This document shows, piece after piece, positions 29,624 through 39,422 of a DNA stretch of 64,000 nucleotides; the stretch's first letter is position 1, and every line of letters begins with the position of its first letter. The position numbers and the translations under genes are program-made. Origin of the DNA: Candidatus Latescibacterota bacterium (GTDB taxonomy: Bacteria; Latescibacterota; UBA2968; SICM01); NCBI GenBank assembly GCA_965217865.1, contig CBDCJO010000002.1, forward strand, positions 5,088,001 through 5,152,000, written 5' to 3'. Under the pieces are notes generated by a model, which saw only the letters and a list, made by a program, of their open reading frames with translations, did not search any database and was not told the origin of the DNA.

Positions 29624-31738
29624 ATGACACAGAGACCCACTGTTGAACGGTTTATCGATGCGGGGTTGGAACCTTCGACTGCGGCTGCCGTAATAGAACG
29701 GGCAAACCGACTTCTATCATCCCTACCCCCCGAATCCTCCTGGCTGAAGCTCACCCAAGAGGTCCTGAAACCAGAACATCCCTTTGAAATCCACAGGCTG
29801 CTCCATGAGATCGTTTTTTCAGATTGGGACCACAGCCAAGGGCCTCCTCCCGCGTGGATCCCGTCTGAGGATCAGTTCAATCATTCAAATATCGCCGAGA
29901 TCCTGGAATCGCGGGGTTTGAAAACCTACGAGGAACTCCGTGCCTGGTCGTCACGCGACAGGGGGGGGTTTTGGGAATTCATGACATCCAGGCTGGGTAT
30001 TCGGCTCAAGGCAAGATTCAATAAAATTCTGGATCTTTCCGATGGCATAGAATCCCCCAGGTGGCTCTTTGGGGCGAAGCTCAATATTGCTGATAGCTGT
30101 TTCAACGCGGGCGGGGATGCGCCTGCGATCGTGTTTCAGGAAGAGGGAGGGACGCCATCGATCCTGACCTATTCTGAGCTGGATACCCTGACCAACCGGG
30201 TGGCCAACTCGCTCAGGGATGAAGGATTCAATCCCGGAGATCGAATCGCGATAGACATGCCCATGACAATGGAATGTGTCGCGATCTACCTGGGGATTAT
30301 CAAGGCGGGTTGCGTAGCCGTTTCTATCGCGGACAGTTTCGCGCCGCACGAAATCGAGATGCGCCTGCGCCTTTCCAGGGCCAAGGGGATTTTCACACAG
30401 GATTTTATTCCCCGTTCGGGAAAAAGATTGCCGTTGTATGGGAAGGTCGTCTCCGCGAAGGCACCCCGTGCGATCGTCGTTTTCAGCCAAGAGGATTCTT
30501 CGGATCCACACACCGAAAGAATTCAGATACGCGAAGGAGACTTGACCTGGGAGCAGTTTCTGGGAAGCCGGGATCGGTTTGAATCGGAATCCCGCGTACC
30601 TACCGATCATATAAATATCCTGTTCTCTTCAGGAACGACGGGAGAACCCAAGGCGATTCCCTGGACACAGACCGCCCCGATCAAATGCGCCTCGGATGGA
30701 CACCTTCACCAGGACATCCACCCGGGCGATGTGGTGGCGTGGCCGACGAATCTGGGCTGGATGATGGGTCCATGGCTTATCTACGCGAGTTTGATAAACC
30801 GGGCGACGATCGCACTATACTATGGTGTGCCCACGGGAAGGGGTTTCGGCAGGTTCGTGCAGGATGCCCGGGTGAACATGCTGGGTGTTGTTCCCAGCCT
30901 GGTGAGGGTCTGGCGGGAATCGGAATGCATGGTGGGTCTGGATTGGAGTTCCATCAGGGCTTTCAGCTCCACGGGAGAGAGCTCCAATCCCGAGGATATG
31001 ATGTATTTGATGTCCCTGGCGGGTTATCGCCCAGTGATCGAGTATTGCGGGGGTACGGAGATCTCCGGAGGTTATGTCACCGGGACAGTGGTGGAAGCGA
31101 TGGCGCCGGCGACGTTTACAACCCCCACCCTCGGACTGGATTTTAGCATACGCGATGAAGAAGGCCATCCCGCCGACAGTGGGGAACTGTTCCTGATCCC
31201 CCCATCGATCGGGTTTTCCACGGAGCTGCTGAACCGGGATCATCACGAAGTCTATTATGAAGGCGTCCCCGAGTTCTCATATGAAGAGGGCGATTCTAAA
31301 AAAGGTGTGAGGAAAGATGCGAAATTGCGCCGCCACGGGGATCAGATGGAGCGGTTGGGGAAGGGCATCTACCGGGCGCTGGGTCGCGCCGATGACACCA
31401 TGAATCTGGGCGGCATCAAGGTGAGCTCGGCGGAGATCGAACAGATCCTCAATTCCGTCAAGGGCGTCGGCGAGACGGCCGCTATCGCGGTATCCCCCCC
31501 CGAAGGAGGGCCGGGCCTGCTGGTGATTTACGCTGTGGTATTACCCGGCGTGGAGACGGAGGGGTTGAAGAACCGTCTGCAAGCCACTATCAAGGAGGAA
31601 CTCAACCCCCTTTTCAAGATCCATGACCTGATCACCGTCGATTCTCTGCCGCGCACGGCCTCCAACAAAGTGATGCGGCGAGTGTTAAGGGATGAACATA
31701 CGAAACGGCAAACCGATGATGGAAACATTTTTTTTTAA
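29624..31738 (+). CDS. AMP-binding acyl-CoA synthetase (acetate/acetoacetate-CoA ligase-like)
   Basis: LFSSGTTGEPK, WPTNLGWMMGPW, YCGGTEI, RHGD, GRADD, LPRTASNKVMRR. Confidence 0.9.
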   Translation: MTQRPTVERFIDAGLEPSTAAAVIERANRLLSSLPPESSWLKLTQEVLKPEHPFEIHRLLHEIVFSDWDHSQGPPPAWIPSEDQFNHSNIAEILESRGLKTYEELRAWSSRDRGGFWEFMTSRLGIRLKARFNKILDLSDGIESPRWLFGAKLNIADSCFNAGGDAPAIVFQEEGGTPSILTYSELDTLTNRVANSLRDEGFNPGDRIAIDMPMTMECVAIYLGIIKAGCVAVSIADSFAPHEIEMRLRLSRAKGIFTQDFIPRSGKRLPLYGKVVSAKAPRAIVVFSQEDSSDPHTERIQIREGDLTWEQFLGSRDRFESESRVPTDHINILFSSGTTGEPKAIPWTQTAPIKCASDGHLHQDIHPGDVVAWPTNLGWMMGPWLIYASLINRATIALYYGVPTGRGFGRFVQDARVNMLGVVPSLVRVWRESECMVGLDWSSIRAFSSTGESSNPEDMMYLMSLAGYRPVIEYCGGTEISGGYVTGTVVEAMAPATFTTPTLGLDFSIRDEEGHPADSGELFLIPPSIGFSTELLNRDHHEVYYEGVPEFSYEEGDSKKGVRKDAKLRRHGDQMERLGKGIYRALGRADDTMNLGGIKVSSAEIEQILNSVKGVGETAAIAVSPPEGGPGLLVIYAVVLPGVETEGLKNRLQATIKEELNPLFKIHDLITVDSLPRTASNKVMRRVLRDEHTKRQTDDGNIFF

Positions 31739-31844
31739 ATATTCGAAAAATTTAATTCTTTTTGATTCCCAGGGTGTCTAACTAAAATGAGGCGCCTATG
31801 CTTTTGACAAACCCAAGATTTTAATTTTACAAAAGAGGAGATGA

Positions 31845-32334
31845 ATGAAGCCCTGGTTCATAAGCAGGGATTGTTGCCCTGATCGTTGGGTTCTGGACCA
31901 CCGCAGACGCCCAGCGGGATCACCGGCCCCGAATGGGCTGGAAGAATATGATGTTGGAAAAGCTGGACTTGACTGACGATCAGAGGGTTAAGATCCGGCA
32001 GGTTCGGATGGCTACAGAGAAATCGATGGTTCGGCTCAAGGCCGACGCAAAGATCGCGAGAATGGAGCTTGAGGAGATCATGGGGGAGGCGGACCCCAAC
32101 CGGGAGGATGTGAAAGCGAAGCTGGCCGTGATCAATGCAGCGAGGAGCAAGATGCTCGAAAAGAGCGTAAACCTTCGCCTGGAGATGAAAAAGATCCTCA
32201 CACCAGAGCAGCAGGAGAAGATGCGGCACATGATGATGTGGGGGAAGGGGAAGCACAAAAAGAAGGGGGATATGAGGATGCGGCGGGATTGGGGTGGACA
32301 TGGGTGTGGAAAAGGTAAAAAGAAAGGTAATTAG
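31845..32334 (+). pseudogene. Spy/CpxP-family periplasmic chaperone with a +1 frameshift in the signal peptide
   Basis: LDLTDDQ..KI and ILTPEQ motifs; the signal peptide MKPWFI-AGIVALIVGFWTTADA is restored by removing one A at about 31863. Confidence 0.7.
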
Positions 32335-33182
32335 GAAGATATTGGTACCAGATTCACCAGATATGAAGCAATAATTGGGAAGAGATCCTCGTCTTCCTGG
32401 TTGAATCTGAACTCTGTTTCCTTCAGGTATAAATGGAAATGATGTCGAGGGATTCCTCTGTATTGATATAGCCAATTTTTAGAAAAACTCCAGAAGCCTT
32501 CGATGCCATTGATGTGATGTCGGCCTTTGCCTTTGGGCACCCCTTCTTCTTTTCGAACAACCACGTGGTCACCTTTGACTGACAGCCAAGTGTAGGCGTG
32601 CCAGTCATCGGTGTAGTATAGACTGCCTGCTTTGGTGTGTGAGGTCACAAGCGGTGTAAGGGTGTTTCGACTTCGATCCGGAATGGGAAAGGTGAGGACT
32701 TTTCCGTTCCTCTGATAAAGCCCGAAAACCAAGTGTTTTCCGGCTGCTCCCCATCCACGCTTACCCTTATGATGACCTCCATACATCGCCTCGTCCAACT
32801 CGATCTCACCCCAAAGCACCTGGTCCGTAAAGCTATGATCGTAGATGGCCTGGCGAAACGTGGTATAAATCCGCTGAGCCGTTTTCAGCGATACGGACAG
32901 GTAGTGCCTGGATCGGTAAGAGGGCACTCCCAATACAAACAGATAAAGTAAATGGGCAAGCTCGTCAAATGAAATTCGAAGCCTTTCAAGATAAGTGCCC
33001 GTGAAATCTTTAAACCGATATCCACACCGTGAACACCTGAACCGATCGTCTTTTAATAAGGGCAACCTGCGCTGATAATCGCAGCTTGGACATCGCCTTT
33101 TTCCACCCCAACGGGCTGCACGAAAATAGGCCCTACTTATCTTGCAGTCATTTGCTAACTTAAGTGGATTAATTACCAGCAT
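32331..33182 (-). CDS. IS1595 family transposase
   Basis: CPSC..CSRC, GEIELDEAMYGG, YTDDWHAY, HINGIEGFWS, YLKETEFRFN. Confidence 0.93.
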   Translation of the reverse strand: MLVINPLKLANDCKISRAYFRAARWGGKRRCPSCDYQRRLPLLKDDRFRCSRCGYRFKDFTGTYLERLRISFDELAHLLYLFVLGVPSYRSRHYLSVSLKTAQRIYTTFRQAIYDHSFTDQVLWGEIELDEAMYGGHHKGKRGWGAAGKHLVFGLYQRNGKVLTFPIPDRSRNTLTPLVTSHTKAGSLYYTDDWHAYTWLSVKGDHVVVRKEEGVPKGKGRHHINGIEGFWSFSKNWLYQYRGIPRHHFHLYLKETEFRFNQEDEDLFPIIASYLVNLVPISS

Positions 33183-33211
33183 ATTATTAATATACGCTGG
33201 TGCCAATATCT
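32337..33211 (-). mobile_element. Simple IS1595-family element
   Basis: 15-bp IRs AGATATTGGTACCAG (32337) and CTGGTGCCAATATCT (33197-33211), one mismatch; no target duplication seen. Confidence 0.8.
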
Positions 33212-33353
33212 ACTCAATCACCAAAAGAAAAGTGTAAAATAGAAGTTGAAAATTTTCCCTCTCCAGGGATCTTATGGGGATATGGGGACGGGTTGGTGGT
33301 TGGTGGTTGGGGGCGGGTAAGGGATAAAACGGTTTCCAAGAACTCGATTCTAA

Positions 33354-33390
33354 AAGGACATGCCTGTTAAAAGGTATGTCCTTCTCTTTT
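33354..33390 (+). terminator. Terminator-like hairpin
   Basis: AAGGACATGCCT-GTTAAA-AGGTATGTCCTT followed by CTCTTTT. Confidence 0.45.
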
Positions 33391-33562
33391 CCTGGCACCG
33401 ACCGCACCTAACCTTTCTCCCTCAACATATTGGATAACAGACGCAAATTGGGCAGGATATCGTCAATAATTAAAAGATCGTCCAGCAGCTCTTGATTGGT
33501 CGGGCTCATCAAGCGCCCTTCTCCTTTTGCACCACATATGACAGCCTGCCCGCCGTCTGGTG

Positions 33563-35407
33563 TTATCCCCGATCGGTGAGTGCCATCATCTTATCAAACC
33601 GAAATTCGTCAAGCAACGTCCGAAATCCTTCCGCCACGGCATGGTGTTCTGCTTCGATCTCATCGATCAAATCGGAAACCCGTTCTAAATCTGCCTGGCT
33701 GGCCTCTTTGTGCAGCTTTGCTATCCATTCCGGAGGCAATGCCAGCAGAGCCTCCGGCGTCAACGCCTCCTGCAATGTAGCCGCATCCCGTTCCACGTCC
33801 TCCTCCTCATAAATAAAAGCGACACCCAGGTGTTCCGCCATCACATCGAACACCTCTGCCTCCCGAAACGGCTTCGGCACAAATCCGTCGCACCCCAACG
33901 CGAGGATCCGTTTTCGATCCTCCTCAAAGGCACTCGCCGTCAGCGCAATCACCGCCGTTTCCCGTCCCTTTTCCTGCGCCTTGATCCTCTGTGTGGCTTC
34001 ATACCCGTCCATCACCGGCATCCGCATGTCCATCCAGACCAGGTGTGGCTTCCATTCCTGCCAAACCTCGATCCCTTCCTGTCCGTTTACGGCCTCTCGA
34101 ACCTCAAACCCCAGCGGTCTCAGCAAATTTACCATCAACATCCGGTTCTCCAACTGGTCTTCCACCACCAGAATGCGATACGTGGGCTGATCGGGCGCCA
34201 GCCCCACCACCTTTCGGGTCGGTCCTTCCGTTTTCACCTCGGCTGCATCCACAGGTACAGCCGGAATATGGAACTTGAATATCGACCCCTTGTCCACAAA
34301 GCTGCTCACCGCAATTTCACCACCCATCAACTGCACGAACTGCTTGCTAATCGGCAGGCCCAGGCCGGTGCCCTCCTGGGTTCCCCGGCCGGAGGCCGTC
34401 TACGCAAACGCCTCGAAAAGCATCTCCACCTCATCCAGCGCAATGCCCATCCCCGTATCTTCTACTTCAAACACCAGCAAAACTTCCGGTCCTGCCTTCT
34501 TTCCAGAGTCAACCTCAGACACGCGTTCCCCACCTGCCCGGAGTGTCACCCCGCCCTCCCTGGTAAACTTAATCGCATTGCTCAACAAATTCATCAGCAC
34601 CTGCCGCAACTTTCCCCCGTCCGCCCGCACATATCGCGGCACTTCCGGCACACGTTCAAAAACCAGACCCAACCCCTTATCTATTGCACGCAACTTGAAC
34701 ATCTCCTCCAGCCCATCCAGAAGCCAGTATAGATCAAAACTCTCCTCGTTCAACACCGTCTGACCCGCCTCAATCTTGGACATCTCCAGCACATCGTTAA
34801 TCAGCCCCAGCAAATGCTCGCCGCTCCTGCCAATCACCCGTAAGTTTTCCCGCTGCTGATCGGCCAGTCCCTTATCCCGGTCCATCAACTGGCTGAATCC
34901 CAGAATCGCGTTCAGGGGCGTGCGCAGCTCGTGGCTCATGTTGGCGAGAAAAGCGCTCTTGGCTCGGTTCGCTTGCCCCGCGGCCTCCGCGGCTGCTTCG
35001 GCCTCCTGCCGCTCCGTCTGTGTCCGCTTCCGTTCCGTGATGTCCCGTATCGAAGCCGTGTAGAATCGTTCGCCTTCCACCACCAGAGATGTGAAGCGAA
35101 GCTCCAGTGGAAAGACCTCTCCGTCCTTTCGAAGACCTTCGAGTTCCAGGTATTTTCCGGATGTCCGAAGATCCTCTGTTGATACGGCCCTCGAAAACCC
35201 GGCGTGGTGACGAGCCCGGTATTTCTCAGGCATTAAGGCCTCAAGCGTCATCCCATAAAGATCATCTGGCTGATACCCGAAGATTCTCTCAGCTTCTTGA
35301 TTGACCAGCCGGATCACTTGCGAAGTATCCACTGTGATGATCGCATCTCCAACCGTGTTAAGAATCGCTTCGATGTGGGCAGAATTCCCAGAAAGACTCT
35401 TTGGCAT
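33563..35407 (-). pseudogene. PAS hybrid histidine kinase/response regulator with an in-frame TAG at 34402-34400
   Basis: PAS, SHELRTPLN H-box, NAIKFT, DTGMG, then FEAFA*TASGRGTQEGTGLGL continuing in frame into a receiver domain (MDMRMPVMDG). Confidence 0.88.
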
Positions 35408-36085
35408 TGAAGAACCAATCTAATGAAGTCCGTATGAAATTCATCGTTCATATATAACCGAATAATCGGCATTTTATGGAAATTTTATGCGATAGTCAAT
35501 ATAGAAAAAACAGGCCGGATTTCTGTGAAGAGAGTCGGCGGTTTTGGTTGAAGGTTTTGATGCGGCCCTCTACCAGCATAGAGGAGCCAATCGGCTCGGA
35601 TGCAAGGTGCAGTCGAAAACCGGCCTTTTGGACGCCCGATTGTACACAAATATGGACACTCGGCCAGGCTCTAGTTTTTTTACTGCGGTGAAAAAGTGTG
35701 ACAATGTTTGACATTTCGAAAATCTAAATGACGTAAATTATGATCAGGGGCGACATCGGGCCGACGCGGGGGCCAAAGGGATCGACGTGACCGGGTTCGC
35801 CGTGGAGGGCGGTCCGGAGATCAGCTTGTCGGTTTCCACCCTGTCGTTGGAGACCATCAAATCGGCGGGGCAGAAAGGCCGAAAATGCGGCGACGTGAGA
35901 ACGGTCGTTGATCCGATTCGTATTAATATAACGAACAAAATAATTTTCAGTTCCCCCCTTCCGCCACTCCCCCATTTCCGGATTCCGAGCATTAGACCGG
36001 TCGGCCGCTAAAAACCCAATTTGAGCTCCATCGACAGGCTTTCGCGCGGACGCTAAGATCGCACGAATCGAGCTGGAGGAGTCCA

Positions 36086-36484
36086 TGCACCGCGCACCAT
36101 CTGGACACAAACAAAGGAACGCTGGAGATCTTCCAGAATATCTCCTCGTTACCCCCGGACTTCGAAGGTGGCAACACCGCTCACATCGAGCTCCATCCCA
36201 ATGGCAAATGGATCTACGCCTCCAACCGCGGCCACGACAGCATTGTTGGCTTCAACATCACAGAGGATGGATCACTCAACCCGTTCGGTCACTTCTCCGT
36301 TCCGGCCAGTCCCAGATCATTCAATATCGATCCGACCGGGACTTACCTGTACTGCGCCGGAGAACAGGCGGATTCGATGAACGCCTATCGCGTCGATCCC
36401 TCCAACGGTCATCTGACGCAGTTCGACCGCTATGCGGTAGGGAAGTCACCCTTCTGGGTGATGGTGGTGAATCTGGGGAGTTAA
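36086..36484 (+). pseudogene. C-terminal fragment of a 6-phosphogluconolactonase (YbhE/Pgl beta-propeller family)
   Basis: Manual translation, absent from the ORF track: TAHIELHPNGKWIYASNRGHDSI...PRSFNIDPTG...GKSPFWV; no start codon in frame. Confidence 0.8.
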
Positions 36485-36937
36485 CGGGACAACGGAAGAA
36501 GTATGGGAAACGCGGGGTATTCCTCTCCCGTAAGACGGGAGAGGGTGGATTGCCCATGATGGGCAATCCGGGTGAGGGCCAGACAGCGCTTCGGCTTGCC
36601 ACCCTAACTGCGGTAATCGTTCCGCTCCGCCCGCATCGAATTGAGTTAACGGAGCATTCCTGATGAAAAACGTAAAAATCGTCGGTCGGGATCGGAAGCG
36701 CCAGTTTTGGCCGCAAGACCCTCGGAGACATACTATCCCGACCCGAACTTTCCGGCAGCACGCTGTGTCTCGTGGACATTCGGCCTGAAGCGCTGTTGGA
36801 TTCGTAGAAGCTGCGGCAACGTGGAAGGATTTGTGAGCGATCGCGAGTTGTCCTCATGTGCGCAAGCTGCCGTTCGAGACCGATGGGGACACATTCGTCC
36901 CGATCGCGCTCAAGGCGCCCTTCCTGGGTTTTGAACG

Positions 36938-37945
36938 ATGACTTTCCAGTTCAAACAGGCCCGCGATCATCCGGTCCTCAGCATCGTTCCCCTCGTCACA
37001 CGGATGGTGGCCGCGTATCGCGATCGAACGGACAAGGTGCATCTGTTCTGCGATGCGTATGATCCAAAGCGAGAGACCGTCTTCGACGATCCCCTTGACT
37101 CGTGGGAGGCCGAGGTTCGTTACCTGACGACCGCGGACTTCGAGCACTGGGAAGACCACGGATTCGCGATCACGAGGGGTACGTGGACGGGCGACGTCGC
37201 AACCTCCGATTATGACTGCGTCGGCGCGGGCAGCCCGGGCGTCACCGTGGCGGGTGACAACGTGCTCCACTTCTACGCAGGCAGAGGACCCACTGATCCA
37301 GGAGGCCCCTTCGTCAAATCGATGAACCGGGAAGACCTGCCGGGCCGCATCCAACTCGCCATCGCGCCGGCCGATGAAAATGGCGCACCGGCCGGTCCGT
37401 TCGTGAAGTGCGGCCCGATCACCGACTACGACGCCCCGTGGCGCTCCATCCGACACGACGACCCCTGCCCCATTGTCGTGGGAGACGAGATTCTCTTGTT
37501 CTACAAGGGTATCGGGCCAGGAACAACGCGCGACAACCGCGTCATCGCCCTCGCCAGGGCGCCGGTCGACCGGCCTGAAGGACAGTACGAAATCCATCCT
37601 GACCAGATCCTGGTCACCAAGCGTGGATCGGAATCGCCTCGCGTCTTTCGCACCGACGAGACGTGGCATATGTTTACGCTTCAGTACAGCTTCGAGCACG
37701 AAGATCTGGTCCGGCGCTACGTACACCTGAGCGGCACCGATCCCTTCCACTGGGACCTGGTCAACGACAAGCTGTTCCTGACCACGAGCAAGCGACCCCA
37801 CCACGGAACGGCGGACATGTGCCCGCTTTGGAATCCGTTCCGTGAAGGGCCGCCGGAGTTCGCCTTTAGCAACCGGCTCGACGACGGGACATTCGGAGAT
37901 GCCGGGCTCTACAAGCAGTGGTTGTTCGAGATTCTTCCCAAGTAG
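36938..37945 (+). CDS. Glycoside hydrolase-like five-bladed beta-propeller protein (GH43/GH32 clan-like)
   Basis: RDHP, GAGSPGV, HDDPCP, LFYKG, SESPRVF blade motifs. Confidence 0.6.
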   Translation: MTFQFKQARDHPVLSIVPLVTRMVAAYRDRTDKVHLFCDAYDPKRETVFDDPLDSWEAEVRYLTTADFEHWEDHGFAITRGTWTGDVATSDYDCVGAGSPGVTVAGDNVLHFYAGRGPTDPGGPFVKSMNREDLPGRIQLAIAPADENGAPAGPFVKCGPITDYDAPWRSIRHDDPCPIVVGDEILLFYKGIGPGTTRDNRVIALARAPVDRPEGQYEIHPDQILVTKRGSESPRVFRTDETWHMFTLQYSFEHEDLVRRYVHLSGTDPFHWDLVNDKLFLTTSKRPHHGTADMCPLWNPFREGPPEFAFSNRLDDGTFGDAGLYKQWLFEILPK

Positions 37946-37965
37946 CATCGTCAGACGCAGGACTT

Positions 37966-38817
37966 ATGGAGAAACGAATGGATCCAGCCAGAGTCAAAGC
38001 GCTACGTGAACAGCTCATCAAAGACGGATACTGCCACGTTCCCAGCGTGGCGCCTCTCGACCTCACCGAAGAGATTCGTCGAACAGCCGACGCGGTTGCC
38101 GACGAACTGCCCGATGAGCTAAAGGAGCGGCACCGCCATCAGGGCTCACTTATCAGCGTCTACGATCACGAAGAGATGCTGCCCATCATAATGCTCCCGG
38201 CCGCACTCGGCGTCCTCCGCGATCTGGGGTACCCCAGCCCGAGGTTCTACAGCGGGTTCATCATCAGCAAACCGCCCGAAGTCGCGCCGCCCCTGTTCTG
38301 GCACCAGGACGGCATCATCTGGGACCAGCCCATGAGCTACACCGACACGCCCCATCAGTTCTTCCTGATGTACTACCTGATCGACACGAACCGACAGAAC
38401 GGGTGCCTGCGCGTCATCCCCGGGTCGCATCTCAACCGGCACCGCCTGCACGGGCTCCCTCCCGCACACACGGACGAAATACAGAAAGCCGACGAACACC
38501 ATCCCGCCCTTCAGAAGGATCCCGACGAGATCGACTTGCCCGTCAAGGCAGGCGATCTTGTGATCGGAGACGCCCGCCTGCTGCATTCTGCGCATCCCAA
38601 CCGCTCGAAACAACGCCGTACGGTCATCACGCTCTGGTTCTGCCCCACCTTCGACGACATGCCTGAGAACATCCAGGCTTTCTACAGTCGTGAAAGGGAG
38701 AAACCCCCCCACTGGAGCGATGAAGGCTGGGAGACGCTCGCATCCCTCCGCACATCCTATTCCGGCAACGCCCAACCCTCCGAAAGCAATCGGATTCCCG
38801 ATGCGCGCCTCGCGTGA
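37966..38817 (+). CDS. Phytanoyl-CoA dioxygenase (PhyH) family 2OG-Fe(II) oxygenase
   Basis: KDGY, WHQD, NGCLRVIPGSH, AGD, LLHSAHPN..R. Confidence 0.9.
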   Translation: MEKRMDPARVKALREQLIKDGYCHVPSVAPLDLTEEIRRTADAVADELPDELKERHRHQGSLISVYDHEEMLPIIMLPAALGVLRDLGYPSPRFYSGFIISKPPEVAPPLFWHQDGIIWDQPMSYTDTPHQFFLMYYLIDTNRQNGCLRVIPGSHLNRHRLHGLPPAHTDEIQKADEHHPALQKDPDEIDLPVKAGDLVIGDARLLHSAHPNRSKQRRTVITLWFCPTFDDMPENIQAFYSREREKPPHWSDEGWETLASLRTSYSGNAQPSESNRIPDARLA

Positions 38818-38824
38818 TCCTTCT

Positions 38825-39000
38825 TTATCGTTGCCTCGTAGGCGACGAACTTTGAAAAGAGCCGAAATCGCCAAGCATCTCGCCGTGATCGATGGAGAAG
38901 ATGATATAGGTGTTGGAGCGAAGGTCGCGGTCACCCAGCACCTTCAGAATGTCGCCGATCTGATAGTCGATCTGCTCGATATGGGCACAGTACTGTCTCT
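38825..39000 (-). pseudogene. Internal sulfatase fragment
   Basis: RQYCAHIEQIDYQIGDIL..L...NTYIIFSIDHGEMLGDFG matches the sulfatase SDHG region. Confidence 0.7.
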
Positions 39001-39316
39001 GAGTCCGGAGGAGAAGGAACCGGAATTGAAGATGAAGCGGAGAATGCATCACAAAAAAGATGCGACCGGGTGGGATGAGGGGCGACGGGTGTCGGGGACG
39101 GGATTAAGAGCAGGAAAACGGCAGACGGCAAACGTGAGACGGGAGAAGCAGCAGCAGTGGCAGGACAGGCAGGGGCCAGTGGCCGGAGGTCAGGGGTCGG
39201 GAGAGTCAAAACCGGCTCCTGAGCCCCTTAATCGCCCTGGATTACAGAAGTCAGGGGCCAGAAGTCAGGATAAGATCAAACCATAAAGATTGTTAGACCT
39301 GGTGGTCATCAAGCGG

Positions 39317-39351
39317 AAGGGCATGCCCGAGAAGGCATGCCCTTTTGTTTT
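39317..39351 (+). terminator. Rho-independent terminator-like hairpin
   Basis: AAGGGCATGCC-CGAGAA-GGCATGCCCTT followed by TTGTTTT. Confidence 0.65.
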
Positions 39352-39422
39352 GCAATTATCGAAAGGGTTGTTACCAAGCCCAATGATAAGGGTTGCAGGC
39401 CGTGCTCGCTGCGAAAGGACCC

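Noticed and set aside
34400-34402. Pyrrolysine or recoded TAG
   Set aside because: The site corresponds to a conserved Gln, many genes here end in TAG normally, and no pyl genes are visible
35740-35910. Possible remnant of a surface/Ig-like protein (GPEISLSVSTL)
   Set aside because: Too short and degenerate to support without a search
36085-36663. 192-aa ORF with a good RBS
   Set aside because: The lactonase motifs lie in a different frame; this translation looks non-protein-like
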